NCBI GenBank assembly: GCA_965205595.1 | Contig: CBDBHI010000080.1 | Coordinates: 46,990-110,989, forward strand | From: Bryobacterales bacterium | GTDB taxonomy: Bacteria > Acidobacteriota > Terriglobia > Bryobacterales > UBA6623 | DNA: 64,000 bases | Direction of reading: 5' to 3' | Part shown: one piece after another, positions 8,941 through 18,759 of the stretch | How the letters are laid out: each line of letters starts with the position of its first letter | Position numbering within the stretch: position 1 is the first letter of the stretch | Notes under the pieces: generated by a model | Told to the model about the DNA's origin: nothing | What the model saw: only the letters and a program-made list of their open reading frames with translations | Databases searched by the model: none | Program-made: the position numbers and the translations under genes

Positions 8941-10548
8941 TCAGGTTCGTCGAGTCTCTGCCCGGCGTGAGGGTATAGGCTCCCACGGCAGCGTGCCGTC
9001 GCAGCGATCTCGATAGTACGGATCGAAGTCAGGGACAGCCGCAACGACGGGGGCGGGCATGCGCTGGAGGGCTCCGCTATCAATCACCGAAACTGTCGCG
9101 ATTCGAGCCGATCCAAACTGGTGCCATGCGTCTAACTCAATGTTCGCCGCGCCTTCAGGCGGAGACGGAAATTCGAAGCGCAAGCTACGTGGCGCCACTC
9201 GTTTGCGCAGCCCCTGGTAGTACCATGGCTGAATCAGTAGCTCTCCAGAGCGCGGAGTGTCGCGAAACTCCGGACGCAATCGCAGCGTGGCGATTTCTAT
9301 CTGTGACAGCGACGTTCCGGTTGAGAAACCCTCGAAACTGCCTTCAGTGTGTAGCAGCGTCCGATTGTGTCTGCGAACGGTTGCCCCGAACCCCACCGGC
9401 GTGACGAAAGAATTCACGTCGGCCTTTTTGGTCGGATAGCCAAAGACCTCGCGACCAAATTCCGAACTCGCCAGCGACGGCTTGAAGTGCGAGACCGCGT
9501 ACCAAACCGCTCTGTTCGCGAGCATACAGTATGCGAGCAACCACGCCTCGTCCAAGGAAGGATCTTCGAAACTACGTACGGCCAAGAGTCTCAGTGATGG
9601 CCGCAGCACGGGTTGACAACCTGGAGGCAGGAGGGCGGCATGTTTCTCGCGATTGATGGTAGCCTCGACCTCTACAATCGTTACTCCTTCAACGGAGGAC
9701 TCTCGACGACCGCGGTACGCTTCAATCTCGCTGGCCTCGGCCCGAGTTGAGATACTTGACCCCGCCCCGGGGACCAGGCCAAGATTGTCCGCCGGATAGG
9801 TCCGAAACGCAAACGACGCGAACGTCTTCGGTTCGACTGAAGCCACAAACTCGGGAACTGGCTGCGCGGCCGCCGATGGTTGCCGTCGGACACTGACGGA
9901 AATGAGGGTTGACGCCTCTAGGCGCGAAAAGATGCCGTCGAAACTTCCGCTGATCGTCGCGGCATCAACCGGAATCGTTTCCCAAGCGGTACTCGAGTCT
10001 TCCGGCAATCGCAGTAGTTCGACGGGAGCGCTCGGATCCAGCGGACCTTTTAGCCACTCGGCGTGTAACAAGTAGCGGTAGCTTAGCGACGGCTCTTGAT
10101 CGGGACCAGGTGTGAACTGCGCATCAGGGCTCAGAGAAACCTTCAAAAGCTCGTTCTGGCTGTCTCTCAGAGTGAACGATTCATCCACATGAGAGATATT
10201 GCCGGCAAACGCCGGAAGGCCCAGGGACTCACGCGCAGCCCTGACTTGATACGGGTTCGAGTGCCAAACGGCGATGGGCAGCAGGTGCTTCTCTCCGTCT
10301 AGATCAACGGCGATGGATAGGTAGCAACTGCGCCCGAGCAACCGCTCCTCGAACTCGACAACTACACAACCCGGCTCGCTGGGCGCTAGCGGGGCCGGCG
10401 TTACTTTTTCAAGCGTCTTCGGATTCGACGCAAAGCAAAGCTTGACCGCGGAAATTGGTGAGTCGGCTGCCACGGCGTTCCGGGCCACCAGTGCGGTGGT
10501 CGCCGCGGTTCCCGCCCCAATGAATTCTCGCCGGCTAAGCATGAGCAC
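8941..10548 (-). CDS. Tat-signal protein with two acetoacetate decarboxylase (ADC)-like domains
   Basis: SRREFIGAG Tat leader. The second half carries an FGREVFGYPTKK ADC-family lysine motif. The first half has the cognate ARESLGLPAFAG with no Lys. Confidence 0.55.
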   Translation of the reverse strand: MLMLSRREFIGAGTAATTALVARNAVAADSPISAVKLCFASNPKTLEKVTPAPLAPSEPGCVVVEFEERLLGRSCYLSIAVDLDGEKHLLPIAVWHSNPYQVRAARESLGLPAFAGNISHVDESFTLRDSQNELLKVSLSPDAQFTPGPDQEPSLSYRYLLHAEWLKGPLDPSAPVELLRLPEDSSTAWETIPVDAATISGSFDGIFSRLEASTLISVSVRRQPSAAAQPVPEFVASVEPKTFASFAFRTYPADNLGLVPGAGSSISTRAEASEIEAYRGRRESSVEGVTIVEVEATINREKHAALLPPGCQPVLRPSLRLLAVRSFEDPSLDEAWLLAYCMLANRAVWYAVSHFKPSLASSEFGREVFGYPTKKADVNSFVTPVGFGATVRRHNRTLLHTEGSFEGFSTGTSLSQIEIATLRLRPEFRDTPRSGELLIQPWYYQGLRKRVAPRSLRFEFPSPPEGAANIELDAWHQFGSARIATVSVIDSGALQRMPAPVVAAVPDFDPYYRDRCDGTLPWEPIPSRRAETRRT

Positions 10549-10937
10549 TCAGTTTCTCACGGGCGGCTCCCTCCCGAGCGGCCCGTGGTAATAGTCACGC
10601 AGGCCGCGTTACGCGCCTATCGGCGGATTGAGTACCAGACGAGTGCCTCAACGAATCAACGGTCAGAGCGTATCAGGAATCTATGAATGGCGCGTAACCC
10701 GTTGGGCGGCTGGCACTTGCGGCCGTCGGCTTTGTCATTCGTCGGAGACGATCGCCCGGATCGCCGCCCTCCTCACTCCGCGCCGATCAGCCACAATTGC
10801 CTGCCGCGCGACCTACGGGACTTTTACCACGGGCTGCTAGGCTCGCATTTCTCACGACGTGGTGCGAGACGCGGGCTAGGTGCGCTGAGGACGGGAAAGC
10901 GGAACAATCGGCTCCGCAATTTCGTCTTATAAGATGG

Positions 10938-11228
10938 ATGGGTACGAATCGGAGGGATGTTTTGCCCATCAGTCAGGAATTGTTGGAAATCCTTTGTTGT
11001 CCAGAATCGAAAGTGCCGGTCGAGATGATGATCGAAAGCCAAGTCTCGCTACTAAACTCGCTGATCGAGGCTGGAAAGGCTAAATACGCCGATGGGAGCG
11101 CGGTCGATAAGCCGCTTTCAGAAGGCCTAATTACAACCGACGGCCAAACGATCTATCGCATTGACGATGACATCCCAGTGATGCTTATTGACCAGGCGAT
11201 CGCGACCAGCCAGTTGGACGGCTGGTAG
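10938..11228 (+). CDS. Trm112/UPF0434 family protein
   Basis: LLEILCCPESK ... IYRIDDDIPVMLIDQAI. ATG 10938 gives the expected ~96 aa size; the track start 10797 adds an implausible extension. Confidence 0.7.
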   Translation: MGTNRRDVLPISQELLEILCCPESKVPVEMMIESQVSLLNSLIEAGKAKYADGSAVDKPLSEGLITTDGQTIYRIDDDIPVMLIDQAIATSQLDGW

Positions 11229-11252
11229 GCGTCAATCCAGGAGGAGGTCTTA

Positions 11253-12236
11253 ATGAGTGGTTTCGAAACACTGATCGGTAGTCTCGGCCTTTCGTTCGTT
11301 TCGGGAATCAATCTTTACGCCACCCTGCTGGTCGTCGGCGTCGGCCAACACTTCGGACTCATCACCGGACTGCCCGACGAGTTGGAGATTCTGTCGAACC
11401 CCTGGGTCATTGGCGCGGCGGGCGTGATGTACCTGGTGGAGTTTTTCGCCGACAAAATCCCGTTTGTGAACACAGTCTGGGACGGCATACATACTTTCAT
11501 CCGTCCGCTAGGCGCCGCCCTGCTGGTACTCGCCGCGACGCGTGATTTGGGTCCCGTGACCCAGGTGCTTTCGATGTTGTTGGGTGGATCTGTCGCGCTA
11601 GGTTCGCACGCGACGAAAGCGAGTTTCCGCGCCTTGGCGAATACGGCTCCGGAGCCAACAACGCAATCGGTAATCAGCGTTGCCGAGGACGTCGGCGTGG
11701 TCGGCCTCTTGGCTCTGACCTACAGCTACCCGCTGGTGGCGTTTGGAGTCATCCTGGTCCTGATCGTCGCGATGGCAATCGTAACGCCGCTCTTGTTCCG
11801 CACGATCTACTTTTTTGGCCGCTGCATATTCGGAATTGTCCTCAGCGTCGTGCGAGATGGCCCCCCGGCACGGCCCCATTGGCTCGACGAGGAATTCAAG
11901 AACACAATGCCGGAAGGCGAAATCCGAGCGATTCCCGCATTCGCGCGCTCGATCGCGGGGGCACCACGAATGCGTAGCGGCTGGCTGACATGGGGGCCGG
12001 ATCGCTGTTCCTTCAGCTACATGCGAAGCGTTGGCGCTCGAACTATAACTCTTGCCGAAGAAAATGGACCGCCAGAAATTTCAGTCGAGCGTCGACTTCT
12101 GTGCGACCTCATCCATTTCGGCGACGCAACGGGTAAGGGCGGGCGCGTGTTCTTACCGAAGGATTCCGCACGATATTTCGGCCTTGGGGTAGCGCCCTCT
12201 GATTTATCCGCGGAGCCCGCGCGGTCGGCGGGCTAG
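11253..12236 (+). CDS. DUF4126 membrane protein with C-terminal soluble extension
   Basis: GINLYATLLVVG and VEFFADKIPFVNTVWDGIHTFIRP (DUF4126 signature). Several TM helices followed by a ~130-aa non-membrane tail. Confidence 0.7.
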   Translation: MSGFETLIGSLGLSFVSGINLYATLLVVGVGQHFGLITGLPDELEILSNPWVIGAAGVMYLVEFFADKIPFVNTVWDGIHTFIRPLGAALLVLAATRDLGPVTQVLSMLLGGSVALGSHATKASFRALANTAPEPTTQSVISVAEDVGVVGLLALTYSYPLVAFGVILVLIVAMAIVTPLLFRTIYFFGRCIFGIVLSVVRDGPPARPHWLDEEFKNTMPEGEIRAIPAFARSIAGAPRMRSGWLTWGPDRCSFSYMRSVGARTITLAEENGPPEISVERRLLCDLIHFGDATGKGGRVFLPKDSARYFGLGVAPSDLSAEPARSAG

Positions 12237-12264
12237 ATCAGACCGGATCCAATTCTCGCTTGCG

Positions 12265-13386
12265 TTACGGCGAAGAATCGCCGTGCGTGGTTTTTTCGAG
12301 CAGATCGAGAATTCTCGAAGCGGCGCTGCCGTCCCACAATTCCGGCGTCTGCGTTAATTCCCTTGGGTGTTCGAGCACTTCGATCGCGGCCGCGAGGATA
12401 GTCGTGGGATCGATGCCTACTACCTGGTTCGTACCATTTTCGACCGTGGCCGGTCGCTCGGTATTCTCGCGAAGGGTTAGGCAGGGCACTCCGAGAATGG
12501 TCGTCTCTTCCTGAATTCCCCCCGAGTCGGTGAGCACGATGCGAGCTGAAGAGAGCAGACGCAAGAAATCGAGATAGCCTTGCGGCGGGAGCAGCTTGAG
12601 GTTTCCGGTCTCAAGTTGCGCTGAATCGATCTGTTGGCGGGTGCGGGGATGGACGGCAAACACGATCGGTAGCCGCGTCGCAACCATGGCTAGCACGCCC
12701 ACGAGCTTCGAAAGTTGATCGAAACTATCGACGTTTGAAGGCCGGTGGAGCGTCGCCACACCGTACGAGCCAGGCTCCAAACCTAGCCGCTCGAGAACCC
12801 TCGACTCGGCGGCTTTTCCGCGAAACCGCAATAGCGTATCGATCATGACATTGCCGACAAAGTGAACTTTCTCGTCGGGAATCCCCTCGGCGCGGAGGTT
12901 TGCGAGTCCGGAGGGTTCGCTGACGAACAAGTCATCAGAAATTGAGTCGGTGATCAGTCGATTGATTTCTTCGGGCATCGAGCGATCAAAGCTGCGCAGG
13001 CCGGCCTCGACGTGGGCGACACGGATGCCCAATTTTGAGCAAACGAGTGCGGCAGCGAGAGTCGACGTCACGTCGCCGACTACGATGGTGACGTCGGGCT
13101 TCGACGCCTTGAACTCGGCTTCGAGTCGCCTCATGATCTCGATTAGCTGTCCACCGGGAGTCGCCGTGCTACTCGAACCCACGCCTAAATGGCGGTCCGG
13201 CGCGGGCAGTTCCAACTCGTCGAAAAAGATGGCCGACATCTCGGGCGAAAAGTGTTGGCCCGTGTGGATCAGACGTGACTCGAAGCGAGGTCGCCGGCTA
13301 AGTTCTTCGACCAGTGCGGAAATCTTAATGAAATTTGGCCGCGCCCCAGCAACACAAGCGACTCGAATTAGATGCTTACGTGCCAC
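12265..13386 (-). CDS. wecB: UDP-N-acetylglucosamine 2-epimerase (non-hydrolysing)
   Basis: VAGARPNFIKISAL, HTGQH and DSGGIQEE motifs. GTG start. Confidence 0.9.
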   Translation of the reverse strand: MARKHLIRVACVAGARPNFIKISALVEELSRRPRFESRLIHTGQHFSPEMSAIFFDELELPAPDRHLGVGSSSTATPGGQLIEIMRRLEAEFKASKPDVTIVVGDVTSTLAAALVCSKLGIRVAHVEAGLRSFDRSMPEEINRLITDSISDDLFVSEPSGLANLRAEGIPDEKVHFVGNVMIDTLLRFRGKAAESRVLERLGLEPGSYGVATLHRPSNVDSFDQLSKLVGVLAMVATRLPIVFAVHPRTRQQIDSAQLETGNLKLLPPQGYLDFLRLLSSARIVLTDSGGIQEETTILGVPCLTLRENTERPATVENGTNQVVGIDPTTILAAAIEVLEHPRELTQTPELWDGSAASRILDLLEKTTHGDSSP

Positions 13387-13404
13387 GGCTCACCAGAATC
13401 AGCG

Positions 13405-14178
13405 TCAAGGGCGTCGCACCGACGACGACGCGCCGGCCGCAGCATGCAGGATTGGAAAATCGGCAACTTCACTGGTGCTTAGTCGCTCCCTCACGCTGTA
13501 GATCGCGTGTGCGGCCGTGTCGGCCAAGTGGCGACTGAACGCACCCTTGTGAACGAAGCGCAAACGATCACCGTTTTCGCGCGTCAACTCGACGACCGAT
13601 TTCTGCCGGCGGTTCACTTCGAGCTCTCTGACGGGCGGCTGCTTGGCTTCAGAAACATAAACCGGAAGGTACAGAGCGCCGTCCACTCGTATCTCGTCCA
13701 CAGTATCAACGCGAAAGGCGAAGTGAACGCCCCCGTCGGAGCGATCGGCATCGTCTCGCGGAACGATTAGCAGGTGCTCACCCTTGAGCAGCAGAAAGAC
13801 CCGGGTGCCGATCTCGAGTGGCGGCACGACCTCAGATTCAGAGACAGGCTTTGCCCATTCACCGCCGTTCAACAAGTAGTCGGCTCCGTGCCTTCGCTGA
13901 AGCTTACGCTCAAAGTCAGGGTCTCGAGTCCGTCCGAGCGCTATCGCCAAAACCGTCACCGCAACCGCGGCCCCAATCGCCAACGGGGTCCGCGTAAGCA
14001 CTAACGCCGCGGCAGCGATCACAGCGGCGAATCGAACAAAATTCCAGGCGGGACTGCGGCGAAACTTTCTTATCGCAGGGATAATCAGGAGCGCGGAAAA
14101 TATTCCGTAAAGCAGAACCCCGACTGCCCTTGGAACTCCGAAGGGCTTCAAAGACTCCACCGGGCGGCGTTCGCGCAA
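13405..14178 (-). CDS. hypothetical membrane protein (2-3 TM helices plus soluble domain)
   Basis: Long ORF in the same operon orientation between glmM and wecB. Hydrophobic N-terminus, TTG start, no recognised motif. Confidence 0.5.
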   Translation of the reverse strand: MRERRPVESLKPFGVPRAVGVLLYGIFSALLIIPAIRKFRRSPAWNFVRFAAVIAAAALVLTRTPLAIGAAVAVTVLAIALGRTRDPDFERKLQRRHGADYLLNGGEWAKPVSESEVVPPLEIGTRVFLLLKGEHLLIVPRDDADRSDGGVHFAFRVDTVDEIRVDGALYLPVYVSEAKQPPVRELEVNRRQKSVVELTRENGDRLRFVHKGAFSRHLADTAAHAIYSVRERLSTSEVADFPILHAAAGASSSVRRP

Positions 14179-14228
14179 GGTCGGGTCGGCGCGACGAATG
14201 CGGGTCGCCGTCGCCGGGTCCGATTAGC

Positions 14229-15572
14229 TCATGCTCCGAGATGCTTCTCGAACAATCCGGCTAATTCCGTCGAATGCCGCACTACGTCTTCGGCGCGCTC
14301 GGCTTCGACCATCACGCGTACCAGCGGCTCGGTGCCGGAGTAGCGAACCAAGACGCGCCCGGTGCCGGCCAATTCGAGTTCACAATCCGCGACCGCTTTT
14401 CGAAGAGATGGAATTCGCTGAAATGGCTTTTTCTCTCTGACTCGAACATTGACAAGCTTCTGAGGGAAAACTTTGAGGCGTTGCCTCAAGGCGCTAAGCG
14501 GCGCGCCCTGCTGGGCCACGATTTCGAGCATCATCAACGAGGCAAGCAGCCCGTCACCCGTGGTAGCGTTGTCGCCGAAGATGATGTGTCCGGACTGCTC
14601 TCCACCAAGAGCCGCGCCTGACCGCAACATCTCTTCGAGCACGTATTTGTCGCCCACGGGAGTGCGCGTCAGCATGATACCTTCGCTCTCCAGCGCCTTT
14701 TCAAGTCCCATGTTCGACATAACCGTCGCGACGACCGTGTTCTCGTGGAGTAGCTCGCGCTGCTTGAGTGCCATCGCGGCCGCCAGCAGTATGTTGTCGC
14801 CGTTAAAGTGTCGGCCTTTTTCATCGACCAGCAAACAGCGGTCGGCGTCCCCGTCGAAAGCGACGCCGAGATCCGCCGAACTATCGACGACGCGCTCGGC
14901 GAGCTGATCCATAAACTGGGAGCCACAGTCGAGATTGATATTTCGTCCGTCCGGCTGATTGGCAACGAATTCCGCTGTGACGCCTAGCGCCTCGAAAACT
15001 TGCGGTGCGATCAATGAGGCTGCGCCATGGGCACAGTCAACGACGACCTTTAGACCCGTCACACTCAAGTCGGCATCGATCGCGTTGATCAAATGGCGGG
15101 CGTACCCTTGGGATATTTCCGGCTCAATAGTTAGCTTCAGTTTTTTGGGCTTGGAACGATTGTCAAGTACCCGCGAGACCGCTTCGTCGATCTCGGCCTC
15201 TTGCTGGTCGGGCATCTTGTACCCGAATGGCCCGAAGACCTTAATGCCGTTGTCTTCAAACGGATTGTGCGAGGCCGATATCATCACACCGGACGAATAA
15301 CTGCCGCGTTCGGTTGCGTGAGCGACTCCAGGAGTTGTGATTACACCCGCATAGTGAGTGGCAACACCGCCCGACTCGAGGCCGGCGGCGAGCATTTGGG
15401 CGATTCCCTCGCTCGATTCCCGCGTGTCGATGCCTATCAGAACCGAAGGCTTCTTGGTCTTGACTAGGCGTTCCGCCAGCGCGACACCCACAGCGAACAC
15501 GGTGGCACTATCTAACGGTGGCTGCCCAGCGCGGCCGCGAATTCCATCGGTACCAAAAAGACTAGTAGCCAT
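14229..15572 (-). CDS. glmM: phosphoglucosamine mutase
   Basis: LFGTDGIRG N-terminus starting at ATG 15572, SASHNP phosphoserine loop, GEQSGH sugar-binding loop. Confidence 0.9.
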   Translation of the reverse strand: MATSLFGTDGIRGRAGQPPLDSATVFAVGVALAERLVKTKKPSVLIGIDTRESSEGIAQMLAAGLESGGVATHYAGVITTPGVAHATERGSYSSGVMISASHNPFEDNGIKVFGPFGYKMPDQQEAEIDEAVSRVLDNRSKPKKLKLTIEPEISQGYARHLINAIDADLSVTGLKVVVDCAHGAASLIAPQVFEALGVTAEFVANQPDGRNINLDCGSQFMDQLAERVVDSSADLGVAFDGDADRCLLVDEKGRHFNGDNILLAAAMALKQRELLHENTVVATVMSNMGLEKALESEGIMLTRTPVGDKYVLEEMLRSGAALGGEQSGHIIFGDNATTGDGLLASLMMLEIVAQQGAPLSALRQRLKVFPQKLVNVRVREKKPFQRIPSLRKAVADCELELAGTGRVLVRYSGTEPLVRVMVEAERAEDVVRHSTELAGLFEKHLGA

Positions 15573-15730
15573 ACAAATTGGATGATTTCGCCGGGCGGAA
15601 AGGTCAGAATCCCCAGCAACCAGCAGAATCTTCGATTGTAGCTTTTTCGCCAACTTTTAAGAGCGTATCGGCGGCGACCGATTCTGAAAGATGCGGGAAA
15701 CGATCCAGTACACTGGCGAAAGCGGCATCG

Positions 15731-16792
15731 ATGGCAGAATCATCTAGGCAACGACTGTTGCAGGGCATGCTTGCGCACTACCCATTCGTCGTCAAGAACT
15801 TCAAGGCATATTTCGGAAACCTCTATCGCCGCAAGGTACTTCGCAGTTCGGTGGTAACGCCGTATTCCGCAATCTTCTACGCGACGCACAAGTGCAACCT
15901 GGACTGCAGCTACTGCACCCAGAAGAACCCCGAAGTCTTCAGCGACGAACTCGACACTGCCTCGACAATCGAGCTTCTTCGAAATATCCGAAAAGACGTC
16001 GACACGCTGGTCATCACAGGCGGGGAATGCACGGTGCGAAACGACATCGAAGAGTTGGTCATCGCTTCGCGAGAGGACATCGGTTTTCGGTCGGTCTTGA
16101 TCGTCACCAATGGGGTGCTGTTAGACAAGCGTCAAGCGATGTTGCCTTATCTAAATGGCCTGATCTGCAGTCTCGACGCAATCAGCCACGACGCTAGCGA
16201 GCCGATGTCGAAGTCCGCCGCCGTGCCGCATGTGATTGACAACTTGATGATGGCGAAGGAGGTGCTTCCGCCGGGAGTTATCACCGTCTCGTGCGTGCTC
16301 GAACAATGGAATATTGGAGAGGCCGAGCGCATCCTCGAATTTTGCGGCGAAAACGGCTTCGTCTTCTCGGTGCAGTCGGCCCAGAACAACGGCAAGTTCC
16401 CGAATTTCTCATATCTGCAGGACCCGCGCTATCGGGATTTCGTTGAACGCCTGATCGCCATGCGGAAGCAGAACACGGTCAAGATCAATGGCACGCCGAA
16501 GCTGTTGAGCACGCTGCTGCGATTTGAGGAATTCAAGTGCTACCCGACGATGTTTCCGCGCGTCTACCCAAACGGCGATATTTTCGATCCCTGTGAGGTG
16601 CTGCGCAAGATTGCGGGGAATGTGTTGGAGGATGGCTCAATCGCAGCGGCGTTCGAACGCGGCCGGAAGCTTTACGGCGAGGTCCCGGAATGCAAAAACA
16701 ACTGTTTCTTGTTTGGCAACGTGCTTTCGTCGTACTACGTCGAGGATTTCTGGGGACTGGCGGGCGACACAGTTCGGGCCCATAGTGGCTAG
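15731..16792 (+). CDS. radical SAM protein, function unknown
   Basis: CNLDCSYC (CxxxCxxC) cluster motif, ITGGEC SAM-binding motif, sparse C-terminal cysteines (not a full SPASM pattern). ATG 15731 is preferred over the track start 15578. Confidence 0.8.
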   Translation: MAESSRQRLLQGMLAHYPFVVKNFKAYFGNLYRRKVLRSSVVTPYSAIFYATHKCNLDCSYCTQKNPEVFSDELDTASTIELLRNIRKDVDTLVITGGECTVRNDIEELVIASREDIGFRSVLIVTNGVLLDKRQAMLPYLNGLICSLDAISHDASEPMSKSAAVPHVIDNLMMAKEVLPPGVITVSCVLEQWNIGEAERILEFCGENGFVFSVQSAQNNGKFPNFSYLQDPRYRDFVERLIAMRKQNTVKINGTPKLLSTLLRFEEFKCYPTMFPRVYPNGDIFDPCEVLRKIAGNVLEDGSIAAAFERGRKLYGEVPECKNNCFLFGNVLSSYYVEDFWGLAGDTVRAHSG

Positions 16793-16795
16793 CCG

Positions 16796-18736
16796 ATGAG
16801 ACACAGAGTCAGCGCGGCCATTCTGTTTATTTCCGTGATTACCTGTGCCCAGGCGGCGCAACTTTTTCCAGGTGTCAGCCGGACCTTGACCATCGATTCG
16901 CTGGACGAGCCAACGCTGATAACCGGGCTGACAGTCGATGCACCGCCGGGAACCGCCTGGCTTGTCATTGATCTAGCGCCAGACAGCGCCTCGCACGACA
17001 TTGACTTGTATGTCCGTTTCGCTCAGCCGGTCGAAAAGACCACCACTAGTTTCATTGCGGACCACAGCAGCACTACCGTAGGCGGTGGTTCCGAGCACAT
17101 TTTTATCCGAGACAGCAGTAGCCCGCCACTGCAAACCGGCATTTATCACGTCGGCTTATTTGTCAAAACGGTCGGCGAGCCCGTGCGGGTCACGGTGCGT
17201 GCTTCAATCGACTCGAGCGCGCCGCTCAGCACTTTTCTCTCGTCGACGTTTGAAAACGGAAACGACGAGGGCTGGACGCGCAACTTTCCGGTGTCGACGG
17301 TTCCGGGTGCCTCGCTCGGAAACTCCGAAAGCCAGCTCGGAGTCACCCAAGACGGGTTTCTGGTGCTGTTTGAGAGGGATGGGAGTGCACAGATTCCCGA
17401 CTTTGTGCATCGCGATTTCGCGGTTGCCGGCCCACGATTTCTCGGCGATTTGTCGGGCCCGGCCGAGCCGCGCTTTGAATACGACTACCGTCATGATGAC
17501 GGGCCAACGCCGTTCTTCCGAACGGAAGTCAGAATTCTGGGAGCGGGCTCTGGCTACACATTCATGGGCGACGTCCCAAAAGCGGGCAATTGGGTCCACC
17601 AGATCGTTCCGCTTGAGGCCGCCGAATGGACACGTTTCTTTGGGATTGCATCGTTTGAAGAGGTTCTGAGTAGGCTGATTCGCGTCGAGGTCAGCATGGA
17701 CCACGCTCCCGGCAATGAGACGGCGATGATCGACAACTTTTCATATATTGGCGAGCCTCCCGAGGTTCCCAGTGGATCACCAAGCCCGACATCTTCGACG
17801 TTTGAACACGGGCTCGATGGCTGGACGCGTAACTACCCGCATGTCGGCGTTCGCGCGGCGCGGAACGGCGAGGAGAACGCCGCCCTGGCGATTGGCCTGG
17901 GGGGCAAAGACTCAGAAAACTTCATGTTGATGGTTGACGGCGACGGCTTCGATCGCGACTACGCCTTGGCGCCGGCGAAGTTCCTAGGTGACCTTTCAAA
18001 GCTCGATCGGCCGTGGATTGAGTTTTACCATCGGCGCATCGACGGGGCGTTCCCGTTTTTCCAGATGAAGCTGCGGATGGTCGGCGCCGGTACAGCGTAT
18101 GAACGCTCAGGCGCGCGTCCGCGAGAAACCTGGGAGAGGTTTCAAACCGCCCTTGATGAGGATTTTTGGCAGCGTGTCGACGGTGAGGCTAGTTTTCAAG
18201 AGGTGCTGTCGGCGGTCGAGCGATTCGAGATCAGCATGGACCTGTCCGAGGGGCCGGAGGTCACCGGACTGGATAGTTTCCAGCTGCATGAAAATTTCGT
18301 GGCGCCGAACGGACGCGCCCTGCAAATCGACCGTAACCGCATTGAAATCGAAGTGCCCGCCGGCGCCGAGCCATTCTTTTCAGAAAAGATCGAAATCAGC
18401 GCAAGCAACGGGACGATGGAGTGGGCGGCGTTTGTGACGGGCGGCGGCCCGTGGCTGGGGCTGCCGATGCTCACCGGAACAACGCCGGCGACTTTCGAGG
18501 TTCAAATCGACCCGACCGTCGTTCCGGCCGGGCTGTACGAGGCGGAGATCGAGTTTCGGCCGACTCTGTTCAGCAACCCTCGCCCGTCGGTAATGGTCTC
18601 GCTGCTGGTTGGCGAGGATCCGCGCGTCCCTAGGCTCAGCCAAGGCGGGGTGATCCATGCCGCCGAGTCGCGGTATCCGCCGGCGCACTGGCCAGCGCTT
18701 TTGGGCGGCATCTTGCTGCCGAGGACCAGGCGTTAG
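16796..18736 (+). CDS. large secreted multidomain protein, 5' portion of a frameshifted gene
   Basis: Signal peptide, PPC-like N-terminal domain, two ~170-aa tandem modules and an Ig-like domain. The last genuine residues (...QGGVIHAAES) open a TIGR03437 domain that continues in another frame. Confidence 0.75.
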   Translation: MRHRVSAAILFISVITCAQAAQLFPGVSRTLTIDSLDEPTLITGLTVDAPPGTAWLVIDLAPDSASHDIDLYVRFAQPVEKTTTSFIADHSSTTVGGGSEHIFIRDSSSPPLQTGIYHVGLFVKTVGEPVRVTVRASIDSSAPLSTFLSSTFENGNDEGWTRNFPVSTVPGASLGNSESQLGVTQDGFLVLFERDGSAQIPDFVHRDFAVAGPRFLGDLSGPAEPRFEYDYRHDDGPTPFFRTEVRILGAGSGYTFMGDVPKAGNWVHQIVPLEAAEWTRFFGIASFEEVLSRLIRVEVSMDHAPGNETAMIDNFSYIGEPPEVPSGSPSPTSSTFEHGLDGWTRNYPHVGVRAARNGEENAALAIGLGGKDSENFMLMVDGDGFDRDYALAPAKFLGDLSKLDRPWIEFYHRRIDGAFPFFQMKLRMVGAGTAYERSGARPRETWERFQTALDEDFWQRVDGEASFQEVLSAVERFEISMDLSEGPEVTGLDSFQLHENFVAPNGRALQIDRNRIEIEVPAGAEPFFSEKIEISASNGTMEWAAFVTGGGPWLGLPMLTGTTPATFEVQIDPTVVPAGLYEAEIEFRPTLFSNPRPSVMVSLLVGEDPRVPRLSQGGVIHAAESRYPPAHWPALLGGILLPRTRR

Positions 18737-18759
18737 AGTTCGACTCGGAAACCGGACGG

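Noticed and set aside
10549-10937. 389-bp divergent spacer scanned for a riboswitch, a sigma54 promoter (TGGCACTTGC at ~10710) or small genes
   Set aside because: The GG/GC spacing does not fit TGGCAC-N5-TTGC. I could not recognise any riboswitch core sequence. The track ORFs here have implausible Arg-rich translations.
17085-17704. 194-aa (+) and 166-aa (-) ORFs inside the large secreted-protein gene
   Set aside because: They are alternative-frame shadows. The annotated frame carries the signal peptide and the repeated module motifs.
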